Assembly (NCBI GenBank): GCA_047602405.1
Contig: JASGHJ010000002.1
Coordinates: 3,552,001-3,616,000, forward strand
From: Anaeromyxobacteraceae bacterium
GTDB taxonomy: Bacteria; Myxococcota; Myxococcia; Myxococcales; Anaeromyxobacteraceae
DNA length: 64,000 bases
Reading direction: 5' to 3'
Translations under genes and position numbers: made by a program
Part shown: positions 19,752 through 31,196 of the stretch, in pieces
How the letters are laid out: each line of letters opens with the position of its first letter
Position numbering within the stretch: position 1 is the stretch's first letter
Notes under the pieces: model-generated
What the model saw: only the letters and a program-made list of their open reading frames with translations
Told to the model about the DNA's origin: nothing
Databases searched by the model: none

Positions 19752-20666
19752 GTGCGCCGAGCACCCCCGGGCAGGCGAGTCGCCGCCGCCGCGGCGGCGC
19801 TCGCGCTCCTCGCCGGGTGCCCGGCCCCGCGCACCGCGGTGCGCCCGTCCCCGTCCGAGCTGCCGGTGGAGGTCCGCGGCGGCGAGAAGCCCGTCCGCGG
19901 CGTGGTGCACGTGGTGAGGAAGGGCGAGACGCTCTACCGGATTGCGAAGACCTACGGGATCACCCCCGGCGATCTCATGGAGACGAACGGGATAGCGGAC
20001 CCGCGCCAGGTCCCGGCCGGCATGGAGCTCTTCGTGCCGGGCGCGGCGCGGGTGCTCGAGGTGCCCGCCCTCGCCACCGCGGACGACCCCACCCCCGCCC
20101 CCGCTCCCACTCCCACGCGCACTCCCAATCCCGCTCGCAATCCCGTACCTGCAGCAGCACCAGGATCAGGACCAGGATCAGGATCGGTAGCAGGACCAGG
20201 ATCAGGATCAGGATCGGCACCAGCTTCAGCCAGAGCTGCTCCTGCTCCTATTCCTGCACCTGCACCTGCTCCCGTTACTGCACCTGTTCCTGCTCCTGGC
20301 TCCAAGCTCGCCTGGCCGCTCCAGGGCGACCTCGTGGCTCGCTTCGGCGTCCGCGACGGCGAACGCCACGACGGCATCGACGTCGCCGCCGCCGCGGGCA
20401 GCCCGGTCCTCGCGGCCGCCGACGGCGTCGTGCTCTGGGTCGGCGCCCAGGCCGGCTACGGCCAGCTCGTCATCGTCCGGCACGCGAGCGGCCTCCTCAC
20501 GCTCTACGCCCACGTCCAGGACATCTCGGCGAGGGACGGCGAGCGCGTGCGCCGCGGCGAGCCGATCGCGAAGGTCGGGCGCGGCGAGGGCACCGGCGCG
20601 CCCCAGCTGCACTTCGAGGTGCGCGAGGGCACCCGCCCGCGGAATCCGCTCCTTTACCTCCCCTGA
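19752..20666 (+). CDS. LysM + M23 peptidase-domain lipoprotein (NlpD-like); alternative start TTG 19701
   Basis: Lipobox LAGC, HVVRKGETLYRIA LysM, HDGIDV, YAH, LHFEVR; follows surE. Confidence 0.85.
   Translation: MRRAPPGRRVAAAAAALALLAGCPAPRTAVRPSPSELPVEVRGGEKPVRGVVHVVRKGETLYRIAKTYGITPGDLMETNGIADPRQVPAGMELFVPGAARVLEVPALATADDPTPAPAPTPTRTPNPARNPVPAAAPGSGPGSGSVAGPGSGSGSAPASARAAPAPIPAPAPAPVTAPVPAPGSKLAWPLQGDLVARFGVRDGERHDGIDVAAAAGSPVLAAADGVVLWVGAQAGYGQLVIVRHASGLLTLYAHVQDISARDGERVRRGEPIAKVGRGEGTGAPQLHFEVREGTRPRNPLLYLP
20090..20302. repeat. Hexamer repeat array encoding the Pro/Gly/Ser/Ala linker of the NlpD-like protein
   Basis: (CAGGAT/CAGGAC)n followed by (CCTGCT/CCTGCA)n; A/T-ending codons unlike the flanks. 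Confidence 0.8.
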
Positions 20667-20687
20667 CCTCGTGCTAGGTTCGCCCGC

Positions 20688-21203
20688 ATGGATGCCGTCC
20701 GCGCCGCAATCCGGGACGTCCCGGACTTCCCGAAGCCGGGGATCGTCTTCAAGGACATCACCCCGGTGCTCTCCGACGCGAAGCTCTTCAGGCACGTGAT
20801 CGACACCCTCGCCGCGCACTGGAAGGACGCGCGGATCTCGAAGGTGATCGGCATCGAGTCGCGCGGGTTCCTGTTCGCCGCGCCGCTCGCCTACGCGCTC
20901 GGCGCGGGGCTCACCATCGCGCGCAAGCCCGGGAAGCTCCCCTGGAACGTCATCCGCGAGACCTACGCGCTCGAGTACGGCGAGAACTCGCTCGAGCTCC
21001 ACGTGGACGCGGTCGGCCCCGGCGAGCGCGTGCTCATCGTCGACGACGTGCTCGCGACCGGCGGCACGGCCGACGCGGTCGGGCGGCTCGTCGCGCGGCA
21101 GGGCGCCGAGGTCGTGGCCTTCTCGTTCCTCGTGGAGCTGTCGTTCCTGCACGGGGCGCGGAAGATCGGCCCGAACCGGGTGCACGCCCTCCTCACGTAT
21201 TAA
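20688..21203 (+). CDS. apt: Adenine phosphoribosyltransferase
   Basis: [37 protein letters not shown]. Confidence 0.95.
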   Translation: MDAVRAAIRDVPDFPKPGIVFKDITPVLSDAKLFRHVIDTLAAHWKDARISKVIGIESRGFLFAAPLAYALGAGLTIARKPGKLPWNVIRETYALEYGENSLELHVDAVGPGERVLIVDDVLATGGTADAVGRLVARQGAEVVAFSFLVELSFLHGARKIGPNRVHALLTY

Positions 21204-21213
21204 GACTCCGGGC

Positions 21214-22038
21214 GTGGACGCGCCCGCCACCCTCAAGTTCCTCGGCACCGCCGGCGCGCGGTTCGCCGTGTCGACCCAGTCGCGGCACTCGGGCGGGCTC
21301 GTCTACGCGCTCGCCGGCGCGACGATGTGGGTCGACCCGGGCCCCGGCGCGCTCGTCCGCGCGCTCTCGGCGCGGCCGAAGGTCGACCCCGCGAAGGTCG
21401 ACGCGCTCGTCCTCACGCACCGCCACCTCGATCACGTCGGCGACGCGACCGCGGTCGTGGAGGCCATGACGAAGGGCGGCTTCGGGCGCCGCGGCCTCCT
21501 CGTCGCGCCGCGGGACGCCCTCGACGCGGAGGACCCCGTGGTCTTCCGCTACGCCCAGGGCTTCGTCGCGCGGCGCGAGACGCTCGCCGCCGGCAGCCGC
21601 CACGAGCTCGCACCGGGCGTCGCGCTCGAGGGCGTGCTCGCGCACGACCACGGCGTCGAGACCTACGGCTACCGGGTGCGGGCGCCGGGGCTCGTGGTGG
21701 CGCACGTCGTCGACACGTTCTGGCTCGACGCCCTGCCCGCCGCGTACGCCGGCGCCGACCTCCTCCTCGTCAACACCACCCGCCTCGAGGGCGGCGATCG
21801 CCGCTACCTGCACCTCGGCGCCGACGACGCCGAGCGGCTCGTGGCCGCGGTGCGGCCGCGCCTCGCGGTGCTCACCCATCTCGGCATGCAGCTCCCGCCC
21901 GCGCGGGCCGACGAGGCCGCCGCGGCCATCGCGGCGCGCACGGGCGTGCCGACCGTGGCGGCGCGCGACGGCTGGCTCCTCGACCTCGCCGACCTCGAGG
22001 GCGCGGGCGCGCGGCGGGCCCGCGGGGTGCGCGCGTGA
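21214..22038 (+). CDS. MBL-fold metallo-hydrolase
   Basis: FLGTAGAR, VDPGPG, THRHLDH, LTHLG. Confidence 0.85.
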   Translation: MDAPATLKFLGTAGARFAVSTQSRHSGGLVYALAGATMWVDPGPGALVRALSARPKVDPAKVDALVLTHRHLDHVGDATAVVEAMTKGGFGRRGLLVAPRDALDAEDPVVFRYAQGFVARRETLAAGSRHELAPGVALEGVLAHDHGVETYGYRVRAPGLVVAHVVDTFWLDALPAAYAGADLLLVNTTRLEGGDRRYLHLGADDAERLVAAVRPRLAVLTHLGMQLPPARADEAAAAIAARTGVPTVAARDGWLLDLADLEGAGARRARGVRA

Positions 22039-22739
22039 CCGGCCCCGCCGTCCTGCACGAGGTCCCGGTCCTCGACGCGTGGGACGAGACCGCGGCGCTC
22101 CGCGCGCTGCGGCTCGCCTTCCCGCCGGCCCTCGCCCGCGCGCACGAGCGGGTCGGCCAGGTCGTGAAGATCGGCACCGAGGAGGGCGAGGCCTTCTTCG
22201 CGCTCGCGAGCGCGCCCGGCGAGGCCGAGGCCGAGCTGCTCGTGAAGCGCGGTGGGCGGGTGGCGGACTCCGTCGTCGCGCGCGCCCGGGCGGGGCGCGC
22301 GCTCGCCTGCACCGCGCCGTTCGGCCAGGGCTTCCCGCTCCCCGAGGCGGCCGGGCGCGACGTGCTCCTCTTCGCGGCGGGCTCCGGCATCGCGCCCATC
22401 CGGGCGGTCGTGCAGGCCATCCGGCGCGAGCGGGCGCGCTACGCGCGGGTGATCCTCTTCCACGGCCAGCGCCGGCACGACGACTTCGCCTACCGCCGGG
22501 AGCACCCGGCCTGGGAGGCCGACGGCGTGAAGGTCGTGCTCTGCCCGAGCGCCGAGGACGACCCGTGGACCGGCGTGCGCGGGCGGGTGCAGGAGGTCGC
22601 CGCCGCGACCGGCCTCGGCGGGGCGCGCCCGACCGAGGCGATCGCGTTCGTGGCCGGGATGACCGCGATGGTGGAGGATGTCCGCAGGACGCTCGCCGGG
22701 GCGGGGGTGCCGCCCGGGCGGGTGCACGCCAACTTCTGA
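22035..22739 (+). CDS. FNR-like FAD/NAD(P)-binding oxidoreductase
   Basis: PFGQGF, FAAGSGIAPIR, GRVQ, AGMTAM, terminal NF; GTGA overlap with the upstream gene. Confidence 0.8.
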   Translation: MTGPAVLHEVPVLDAWDETAALRALRLAFPPALARAHERVGQVVKIGTEEGEAFFALASAPGEAEAELLVKRGGRVADSVVARARAGRALACTAPFGQGFPLPEAAGRDVLLFAAGSGIAPIRAVVQAIRRERARYARVILFHGQRRHDDFAYRREHPAWEADGVKVVLCPSAEDDPWTGVRGRVQEVAAATGLGGARPTEAIAFVAGMTAMVEDVRRTLAGAGVPPGRVHANF

Positions 22740-22764
22740 GGCCAGCACCGAGGAAGAAGAGCCC

Positions 22765-23862
22765 GTGACCTCCCGCCACGCCCCGCGCCTCATCGTCGCC
22801 CTGCTGCTCGCCGCGCTCGCGCTCACCGGCGCGATCCTCCTGCCGTTCTGGGTGGCGATCTTCTTCGCCGCGGTGCTCACCGCGGCGTTCCGCCCCTGGA
22901 TGGAGTGGCTGACCGCGAAGCTGCGCGGGCGGAGGGAGGCGGCCGCCGCGATCCTCACCGTCGCGCTCGTCGTCGTGGTGGTCGCGCCCATCGCGACCTT
23001 CGGCACCATGGCGGTGCGCGGCGCCCTCGACGGCCTCACCTGGCTGCGCGAGGCGCTCGACTCGGAGGGCATCGGCGGCCTCCTCGCGCGCCTGCCCGGG
23101 CCGCTCGAGCAGCTGGCCCGCAAGCTCGTCGCCGCGATCCCGCAGCCGCAGGCGCAGCTCCAGAAGCTCGCCGGCGAGCAGGGCGGCCAGGCCGCCGCGG
23201 CGGTGGGCGGCGTGCTCGCCGCGACGGGCTCGTTCCTCTTCCAGGCGACGATGATGCTCGTCGCGTTCTTCTTCCTGCTCGTCGACGGCGCGCGCCTCGT
23301 CGCGTGGCTCGACCGCCACGTGCCGCTCGGCCCCGGCCAGTTCCGCCAGCTCCTCACCGAGTTCCGCCAGACGAGCGTCTCGGTGCTGTTCGCGACGGTG
23401 GCGACCGCCGGCATCCAGACCGTCACCGCCTTCGTCGGCTACCTCGTCTTCGGCGCGCCGCGCATCGCCTTCCTCACCGCCGCGACCTTCGTCGTGGCGA
23501 TGATCCCCGCGGCGGGCGGTGCCTTCATGGTGGTCTTCGCCGGCATCCTCATGATCGCCGGCGGCGACACGATCTCCGGCGCCCTGCTCATCGGCTGGGG
23601 CGTGGTGGTCGTGTCGATCATGGACAACGTCGCCCGCCCGTTCCTCCTGAAGGGCGGGATGGAGCTGCACGGCGGGGTGGTCTTCTTCGCGCTCCTCGGC
23701 GGGCTCGCGGTGTTCGGCGCCATCGGGCTCGTGATCGGCCCGCTCGCGGTCACCTTCCTCGTGTCGGTGATGCGGATGTACGAGCGCGAGTTCTCGCCGG
23801 CGGGCGAGCTCGTCGTGCCGCCGCTCCGCGAGGAGGGCGACGCGCGGGAGCCGCCGCGGTAG
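22765..23862 (+). CDS. AI-2E family transporter
   Basis: FFFLLVDG, DNVARP, FFALLGGLAVFGAIGLVIGP. Confidence 0.9.
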   Translation: MTSRHAPRLIVALLLAALALTGAILLPFWVAIFFAAVLTAAFRPWMEWLTAKLRGRREAAAAILTVALVVVVVAPIATFGTMAVRGALDGLTWLREALDSEGIGGLLARLPGPLEQLARKLVAAIPQPQAQLQKLAGEQGGQAAAAVGGVLAATGSFLFQATMMLVAFFFLLVDGARLVAWLDRHVPLGPGQFRQLLTEFRQTSVSVLFATVATAGIQTVTAFVGYLVFGAPRIAFLTAATFVVAMIPAAGGAFMVVFAGILMIAGGDTISGALLIGWGVVVVSIMDNVARPFLLKGGMELHGGVVFFALLGGLAVFGAIGLVIGPLAVTFLVSVMRMYEREFSPAGELVVPPLREEGDAREPPR

Positions 23863-23865
23863 GGG

Positions 23866-24417
23866 CTACCCCCTCCGCGCCCGCCACTCCTCGGCGGTGA
23901 GCTCCCAGACCTCGGCGAGCATCTTGCCGCCCACGAAGGTGCGCTCCTCGGTGCCGACGACGCGCATGCCCTCGGTCACGGTGATGCGGCGGGAGTACTC
24001 GTTCGTGATGGCCTTCCCCACCCGCAGCACCGGGAAGCCCAGCACCTCGAACCAGAACTCGAGGACCGCCTCGCACGCCTCGGCCGCGTAGCCGCGCCCC
24101 TGCCAGGGCTGGCCGATCCAGAAGCCGCGGTTCTCGCGGTGGCCGCGGACGAGGTTGATGGAGCCGATGAGCTGGTCGGGCGCGTCCTTGAGCCGGATCG
24201 ACCAGTGCCACTGCTCGCCGCGCTCCATCGCCGGGATCGCGACGTCCCGGTAGAACGTGAGCGCGCCGTCGGGCGGGTACGGCCACGGCACCCTCGCGTC
24301 GAGGTACTGCACGATCTCCCAGCGGGGGAACAGCGCCTGGACCTGCGGCGCGTCGCCGAGGCAGATCGGGCGCAGGACGAGCCTGCGCGTCTCGAGCGTG
24401 GGCACGGGGGGCGCCAT
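23866..24417 (-). CDS. GNAT N-acetyltransferase (RimJ/RimL-like)
   Basis: PTLETRRLVLRP, GFWIGQPWQGRGYA, NEYSRRI. Confidence 0.85.
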   Translation of the reverse strand: MAPPVPTLETRRLVLRPICLGDAPQVQALFPRWEIVQYLDARVPWPYPPDGALTFYRDVAIPAMERGEQWHWSIRLKDAPDQLIGSINLVRGHRENRGFWIGQPWQGRGYAAEACEAVLEFWFEVLGFPVLRVGKAITNEYSRRITVTEGMRVVGTEERTFVGGKMLAEVWELTAEEWRARRG

Positions 24418-24698
24418 GGACACCCGAGCGTTCCATGGAAGCGCGCGGCCGCGCAACGTGAGGCCCGCTTCGGGGCCGCCGGTCGGGTGGACGGAACGGG
24501 TCACGCCACGATTGACCGTGGGTGCACTTCGTCCACGTGGCGGGTACCTCGGAGGTGACCCGCCGGCCACCCCGAGGAGGCACCCCGGAATCCGTAAGGT
24601 CATTCTCCGGTGATGTCCCTGCAGGGACGCCGGGGCTTTCGATCCACCTCGAGCAGCGCTCGAGGCGGTGCGCTACCGGCGGGCGCTCACGCCCTCTA

Positions 24699-24947
24699 CT
24701 ACCCCGCCGGCTTGAAGGCCCGGAACGCGAGGTGCGTGACGGTGTCGCGGATGCCGGCGACCTTCTGCAGGCGATCGGGGATGAGATCGCCGAAGGCGTC
24801 GTAGTCCTCCGCGTAGAGCTTCACGAGGAGATCGTGCTCTCCGGTGATCGAGTGCACCTCCGAGACGCCCTCGAGCTCCATGATCGCGTTCGCGACCTCC
24901 TCGATGCGCCCGAGCTCGCACTTCACCAGCACGAAGGCTGCCTTCAT
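24699..24947 (-). CDS. Stand-alone Lrp/AsnC ligand-binding (RAM) domain protein
   Basis: AFVLVK, VSEVHSITGEHDLLVK, GIRDTVT; no HTH; ATGA overlap. Confidence 0.85.
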   Translation of the reverse strand: MKAAFVLVKCELGRIEEVANAIMELEGVSEVHSITGEHDLLVKLYAEDYDAFGDLIPDRLQKVAGIRDTVTHLAFRAFKPAG

Positions 24948-25930
24948 GTCCCGCCCTCCTTCTTCGCCTCGGCCGGCTCCCCGGCCTCCGCCGGGGCCGG
25001 CGGCCAGGTGGGGGCCTCGCCGTGCCAGTCGGCGGTGACCTCGAGCCACATCGCGAGGCCGGCCCAGGTCCCGTAGGGTGCGTACCACGACCGGAGCGCG
25101 CGGTCGCTCGGGACCTTGCGCCGCCCGCGCAGCCCGGTGAGCTTGCCCCGGATCCAGGAGTCGAGCGCGAGGTGGTCGAAGCGGCCGAGGAGCTTCAGGA
25201 GGTGCTCGGTCGCGTACGGGCCGAAGCCGTCGAGCGCGCCGATGCGCTCCGCGAGCGCGTCGGTCGGCTGCGCCGCCGAACGCATCGCCTCGAGGTCGAG
25301 GCGGCCGGCGGCGACCTCGCGCGCGAACGTGCGCAGGAACGGCGCGCGGTAGCCGGCGCGGATCTTCTCCCGGTAGAAGCGCTCGGGCTTCGCCGCCATC
25401 GCGGCGGGCGTCGGGAAGCAGCGCGCGCCGCCGGGCGCCTCCTCACCGAGCCGCTCGCAGAGGTTCGTCACCATCACGCGGGTGAGCCCCCACGAGCAGT
25501 TCGTCGTGCAGAGCGTCTTCACCGCGTCCTCCCAGACGGTCGGCGAGCGCAGCAGGCGGCCCGCGCCGCGGGCGAGCGCCCAGCGCAGGTCGGGGAGGTG
25601 GCGGCGGCGGCCGGCGGCGCGCTCGGCCTCGAGCGCGGCCGCGAGGGCCTGGAACGCCCCGAGGTCGTGGTCGAGGGAGAGGCAGGTGCGGAGCTGATCG
25701 GCCGCCTCGCGCGACTCGGCGCCGGTGGGGCGGCCCTGCGCGAGGACGCGCAGGACGAGGTCCTGGCCCGGCTCCGGCTGGACGGCCTCCAGGAACACGG
25801 CGCGGCCGGTGGAGAGGAGGAGCGGCCGCGCGAGCACGCGGCGCGCCTCGTCCCAGCTCCACGGCGCGAGGTCGTACCACCCGTGGCTCCGCACCACGAG
25901 GGCGAGGTCGAAGCCGGGCGGGACGTGCAT
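24944..25930 (-). CDS. HhH-GPD DNA glycosylase family protein (AlkA/Ogg-like)
   Basis: GRLLRSPTVWEDAVKT, FPTP, GYRA, LDGFGPYA, DSWI. Confidence 0.8.
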   Translation of the reverse strand: MHVPPGFDLALVVRSHGWYDLAPWSWDEARRVLARPLLLSTGRAVFLEAVQPEPGQDLVLRVLAQGRPTGAESREAADQLRTCLSLDHDLGAFQALAAALEAERAAGRRRHLPDLRWALARGAGRLLRSPTVWEDAVKTLCTTNCSWGLTRVMVTNLCERLGEEAPGGARCFPTPAAMAAKPERFYREKIRAGYRAPFLRTFAREVAAGRLDLEAMRSAAQPTDALAERIGALDGFGPYATEHLLKLLGRFDHLALDSWIRGKLTGLRGRRKVPSDRALRSWYAPYGTWAGLAMWLEVTADWHGEAPTWPPAPAEAGEPAEAKKEGGT

Positions 25931-25939
25931 GGTTCCGAC

Positions 25940-25976
25940 CTCCGCTCGTCCTTCGACAGGCTCAGGACGAGCGGAG
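25940..25976. repeat. REP-like hairpin downstream of secA
   Basis: Perfect 13 bp stem CTCCGCTCGTCCT/AGGACGAGCGGAG with loop TCGACAGGCTC. Confidence 0.8.
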
Positions 25977-25981
25977 CATGA

Positions 25982-28828
<2,847 letters not shown>

Positions 28829-29015
28829 GGTCGCGTCGTTTCTCTCTCGGTGGCCGGCTCGTGTTCCCGGGCCTCACGAGCTCCCGGTTCCTTCAAGAAA
28901 ACCGGGCAGCTTGCGCATGCTTCCAGCGCTGGCGGGGGCCCCGTCTTACCCTGTCAGGTAACACCGCGCCAGATGAAGTCAAAGGACCTGTGGGTCCACG
29001 GGGTTGGCCCTCCTT

Positions 29016-29043
29016 TTGACTCCCACGGGGGGGCTCGTATTCT
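29016..29043 (+). promoter_or_regulatory. Putative sigma70 promoter of the NlpC/P60 gene (leaderless)
   Basis: TTGACT-16 nt (including a G7 run)-TATTCT, 6 nt before GTG 29050. Confidence 0.55.
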
Positions 29044-29049
29044 CGTACC

Positions 29050-29700
29050 GTGAGGCGCGCGCTCCCCCTCGTCTTCCTGCTCCTCGCGGCCTGCGCCGGG
29101 CCCCGGGCCGCCCGCCTCGCGCCCGCCCCGCACGACGCGTTCGGAGACCGGCTGGTGGAGCGCGCGGAGACCTGGCTCGGCGAGGACGGGCCTTTCGTGG
29201 TGGGCGACGCGCGCTACGGCGCGGACTGCTCCGGCTTCGTGCAGGCGGTCTTCGCCGCCGAGGGCATCGAGCTGCGCCGCCTCGCCGGGCGCTCCGCCCC
29301 GCGGGAGACGAGCGGCGCGGCCGCGATCCACCGCGCCGCCCGCGACTACGGCGTCGTGTTCGGCGGCGGCGGCGAGTGGCCGCGCCCGGGCGACCTCGTC
29401 TTCTGGAGCGGGACCTACGACCGCGACGGCCACGGCGACGACCGGTTCACGCACGTCGGCCTCGTCCAGTACGTCGCCGACGGCGGGACGGTCGTGTTCA
29501 TCCACCGCGGATCGAAGGGCGTGGTGCGCGGCGCGATGAACCTCGCGCGGCCGGACGAGAAGGCGGAGGGGGACCTCCTCCTCAACTCGATCCTGCGCGC
29601 GAAGCGGGGCTCCCGGCCGAGCGCGTTCGCGGGCGAGCTCTTCGCCGGCTACGGGCGGATCGATCCGAGGAAGGTCCCGCGGGATCTCGCGCGGCGGTAG
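29050..29700 (+). CDS. NlpC/P60 (CHAP-like) lipoprotein
   Basis: Lipobox LAAC, DCSGFV, PGDLVFW, THVGLV. Confidence 0.85.
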   Translation: MRRALPLVFLLLAACAGPRAARLAPAPHDAFGDRLVERAETWLGEDGPFVVGDARYGADCSGFVQAVFAAEGIELRRLAGRSAPRETSGAAAIHRAARDYGVVFGGGGEWPRPGDLVFWSGTYDRDGHGDDRFTHVGLVQYVADGGTVVFIHRGSKGVVRGAMNLARPDEKAEGDLLLNSILRAKRGSRPSAFAGELFAGYGRIDPRKVPRDLARR

Positions 29701-29751
29701 CGCTGCGGATCGACGGAGCGTGAGCGTGTCGGCTGCGCGCGCCGGTCGCGA

Positions 29752-31011
29752 TCAGGCCGCCGCCGCGTACGGTGGCGCGGCAGGCGGGGCGGTGCCGTAC
29801 GCGGCCACGGATTCCCCCGCGACCGGAGCGGTTGGTGCGAGGTCGCCGAGCTCGCCGTGCTCATCGGACGCACCACCCCCACGCCGCGCCGCCCGCTCTT
29901 CACGCGCCTCCGCGATCTTCCGCAGCATGAACTCCGGCCCGAACTTGAGGAACGCCGCGTAGAGGTTGTGCGGGAAGCAGTACGTGAGGAGTTCGTCGAC
30001 GGTGGACGACCCCGTCACGAGCGCCCCATCCTTGTGCTCCATCGTCAGGTTCTCGGTGGCCTCGCAGCGATGCCCCTCCTTCTCCCCGAACCTGCACCGG
30101 TACCCATCTCGCTCGAGCACCGCGCGCCGCACCCCCGCCGCGACCGGCTGGCGGATCCCCGGCGTCGCTTCCTTCGTCGGCGCCGGCTTCCGCGCGCGGG
30201 TGGGCTTCAGCAACCCCCGCTTCCGCTTCTGCGCCTCGAGCGAGTCGCGCACCATGATCGCGAGGAGCCTCGCCGGCGCGCGGTCGGGCACGACGTTCGC
30301 GAGCAGGCCCGCGAGCTCGTCGAAGAGCCGCTTCGTCTCGCCGTCCATGTGCGCCCGGAGCTGGAAATCGTCCTCCGCGACGGGCTCGATGGAGCCGCGG
30401 TCGGGAAGGCGAGGAGCGGCGACGGGGGCCGTGAGCGAGAAGGGCACCGTGGGAGCAGCCGCTGCTGGCGTCGCGAGATGCGCCACGAGCGCGAGCGCCT
30501 CAGCGTCCATCACGTCTGGACGTGATGGATTCACCTGAACGGGTACAGCCGCGACGGTGCTCGTCGCCGCGTTGGCAGACACCGGCCGAGGCAGCCTCCG
30601 GACCCCGTCGGCCGGCACGGCCCGCGGCTGGTACCGGACCGCGAGCTCCTTCGTCTTCTCCTTGGTGAGCCCCGCCGCCGCCGAGACGAGCTCCTCGAAG
30701 TTCGCCGGGGTGATCACAGGACCGAGCACAAGGAGCTGCGTGGGATTCAGCCGCCCGCTCTCGAGCTCCGCCTCGAGCCGAGGGAACCGCCGCATGAGCC
30801 GCATGGACGAGACCCGCCCCGCCGCCGTCCCCTCGCACAGGTGGAGCTGCTTCGTCAGGTACTCGAACGCCGAGCCGCAGTTGAACTCGCAGAAGGCCCG
30901 CTCCAGGTCCATCACGTCGAGGCGCCTGAGGAACGCGACAAGCCCGCGACGCTCGTCGGCCACCATCGCCCTCAACTCCGCATCGAGCCTCTTGATTGCC
31001 GCGATCTCCAT
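29752..31011 (-). CDS. DUF222-like / HNH endonuclease-like protein with diverged HNH domain
   Basis: N-terminal ERRGLVAFL..SAFEYL..RRFP..GRLN region; C-terminal VRRAVLERDGYRC..C..EH..C..HN; GAGGTG RBS; less GC-biased codons. Confidence 0.7.
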   Translation of the reverse strand: MEIAAIKRLDAELRAMVADERRGLVAFLRRLDVMDLERAFCEFNCGSAFEYLTKQLHLCEGTAAGRVSSMRLMRRFPRLEAELESGRLNPTQLLVLGPVITPANFEELVSAAAGLTKEKTKELAVRYQPRAVPADGVRRLPRPVSANAATSTVAAVPVQVNPSRPDVMDAEALALVAHLATPAAAAPTVPFSLTAPVAAPRLPDRGSIEPVAEDDFQLRAHMDGETKRLFDELAGLLANVVPDRAPARLLAIMVRDSLEAQKRKRGLLKPTRARKPAPTKEATPGIRQPVAAGVRRAVLERDGYRCRFGEKEGHRCEATENLTMEHKDGALVTGSSTVDELLTYCFPHNLYAAFLKFGPEFMLRKIAEAREERAARRGGGASDEHGELGDLAPTAPVAGESVAAYGTAPPAAPPYAAAA

Positions 31012-31022
31012 ATTCACCTCAC

Positions 31023-31065
31023 TTGAACATGCGTGCAGCATATCCACGTAAGGTGAAGCTGTCCA
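31023..31065 (-). promoter_or_regulatory. Sigma70 promoter with overlapping Myxococcus-type LexA box
   Basis: TGGACA(31065-31060)-17 nt-TATGCT(31042-31037); CTGCACGCATGTTCAA (31038-31023) resembles CTRHAMRYBYGTTCAG. Confidence 0.65.
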
Positions 31066-31196
31066 TGAGCCCTGATGGGTTCACGTTGGGTCACCGATCG
31101 CCCGCGCGCCGCCGCCCGCGCGCGAGACCATCCGCCCGCGCCCCTCACCGCTACCTCTCCACGGCTCGGATGAGCGGACTCACCCTCTCGGCGACC

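Noticed and set aside
18942..20666. Apparent SurE-LysM/M23 fusion (574 aa)
   Set aside because: Produced by the +1 insertion at ~19027; the middle section is out-of-frame nonsense
24500..24690. HDV-like ribozyme or c-di-GMP riboswitch
   Set aside because: GCC-TCCTCGG-GGT-GGCCGGC-GG resembles the HDV core, but the J4/2-P2 spacing fails; the GEMM consensus (GNRA stem, GACGCAAAGC) is not met
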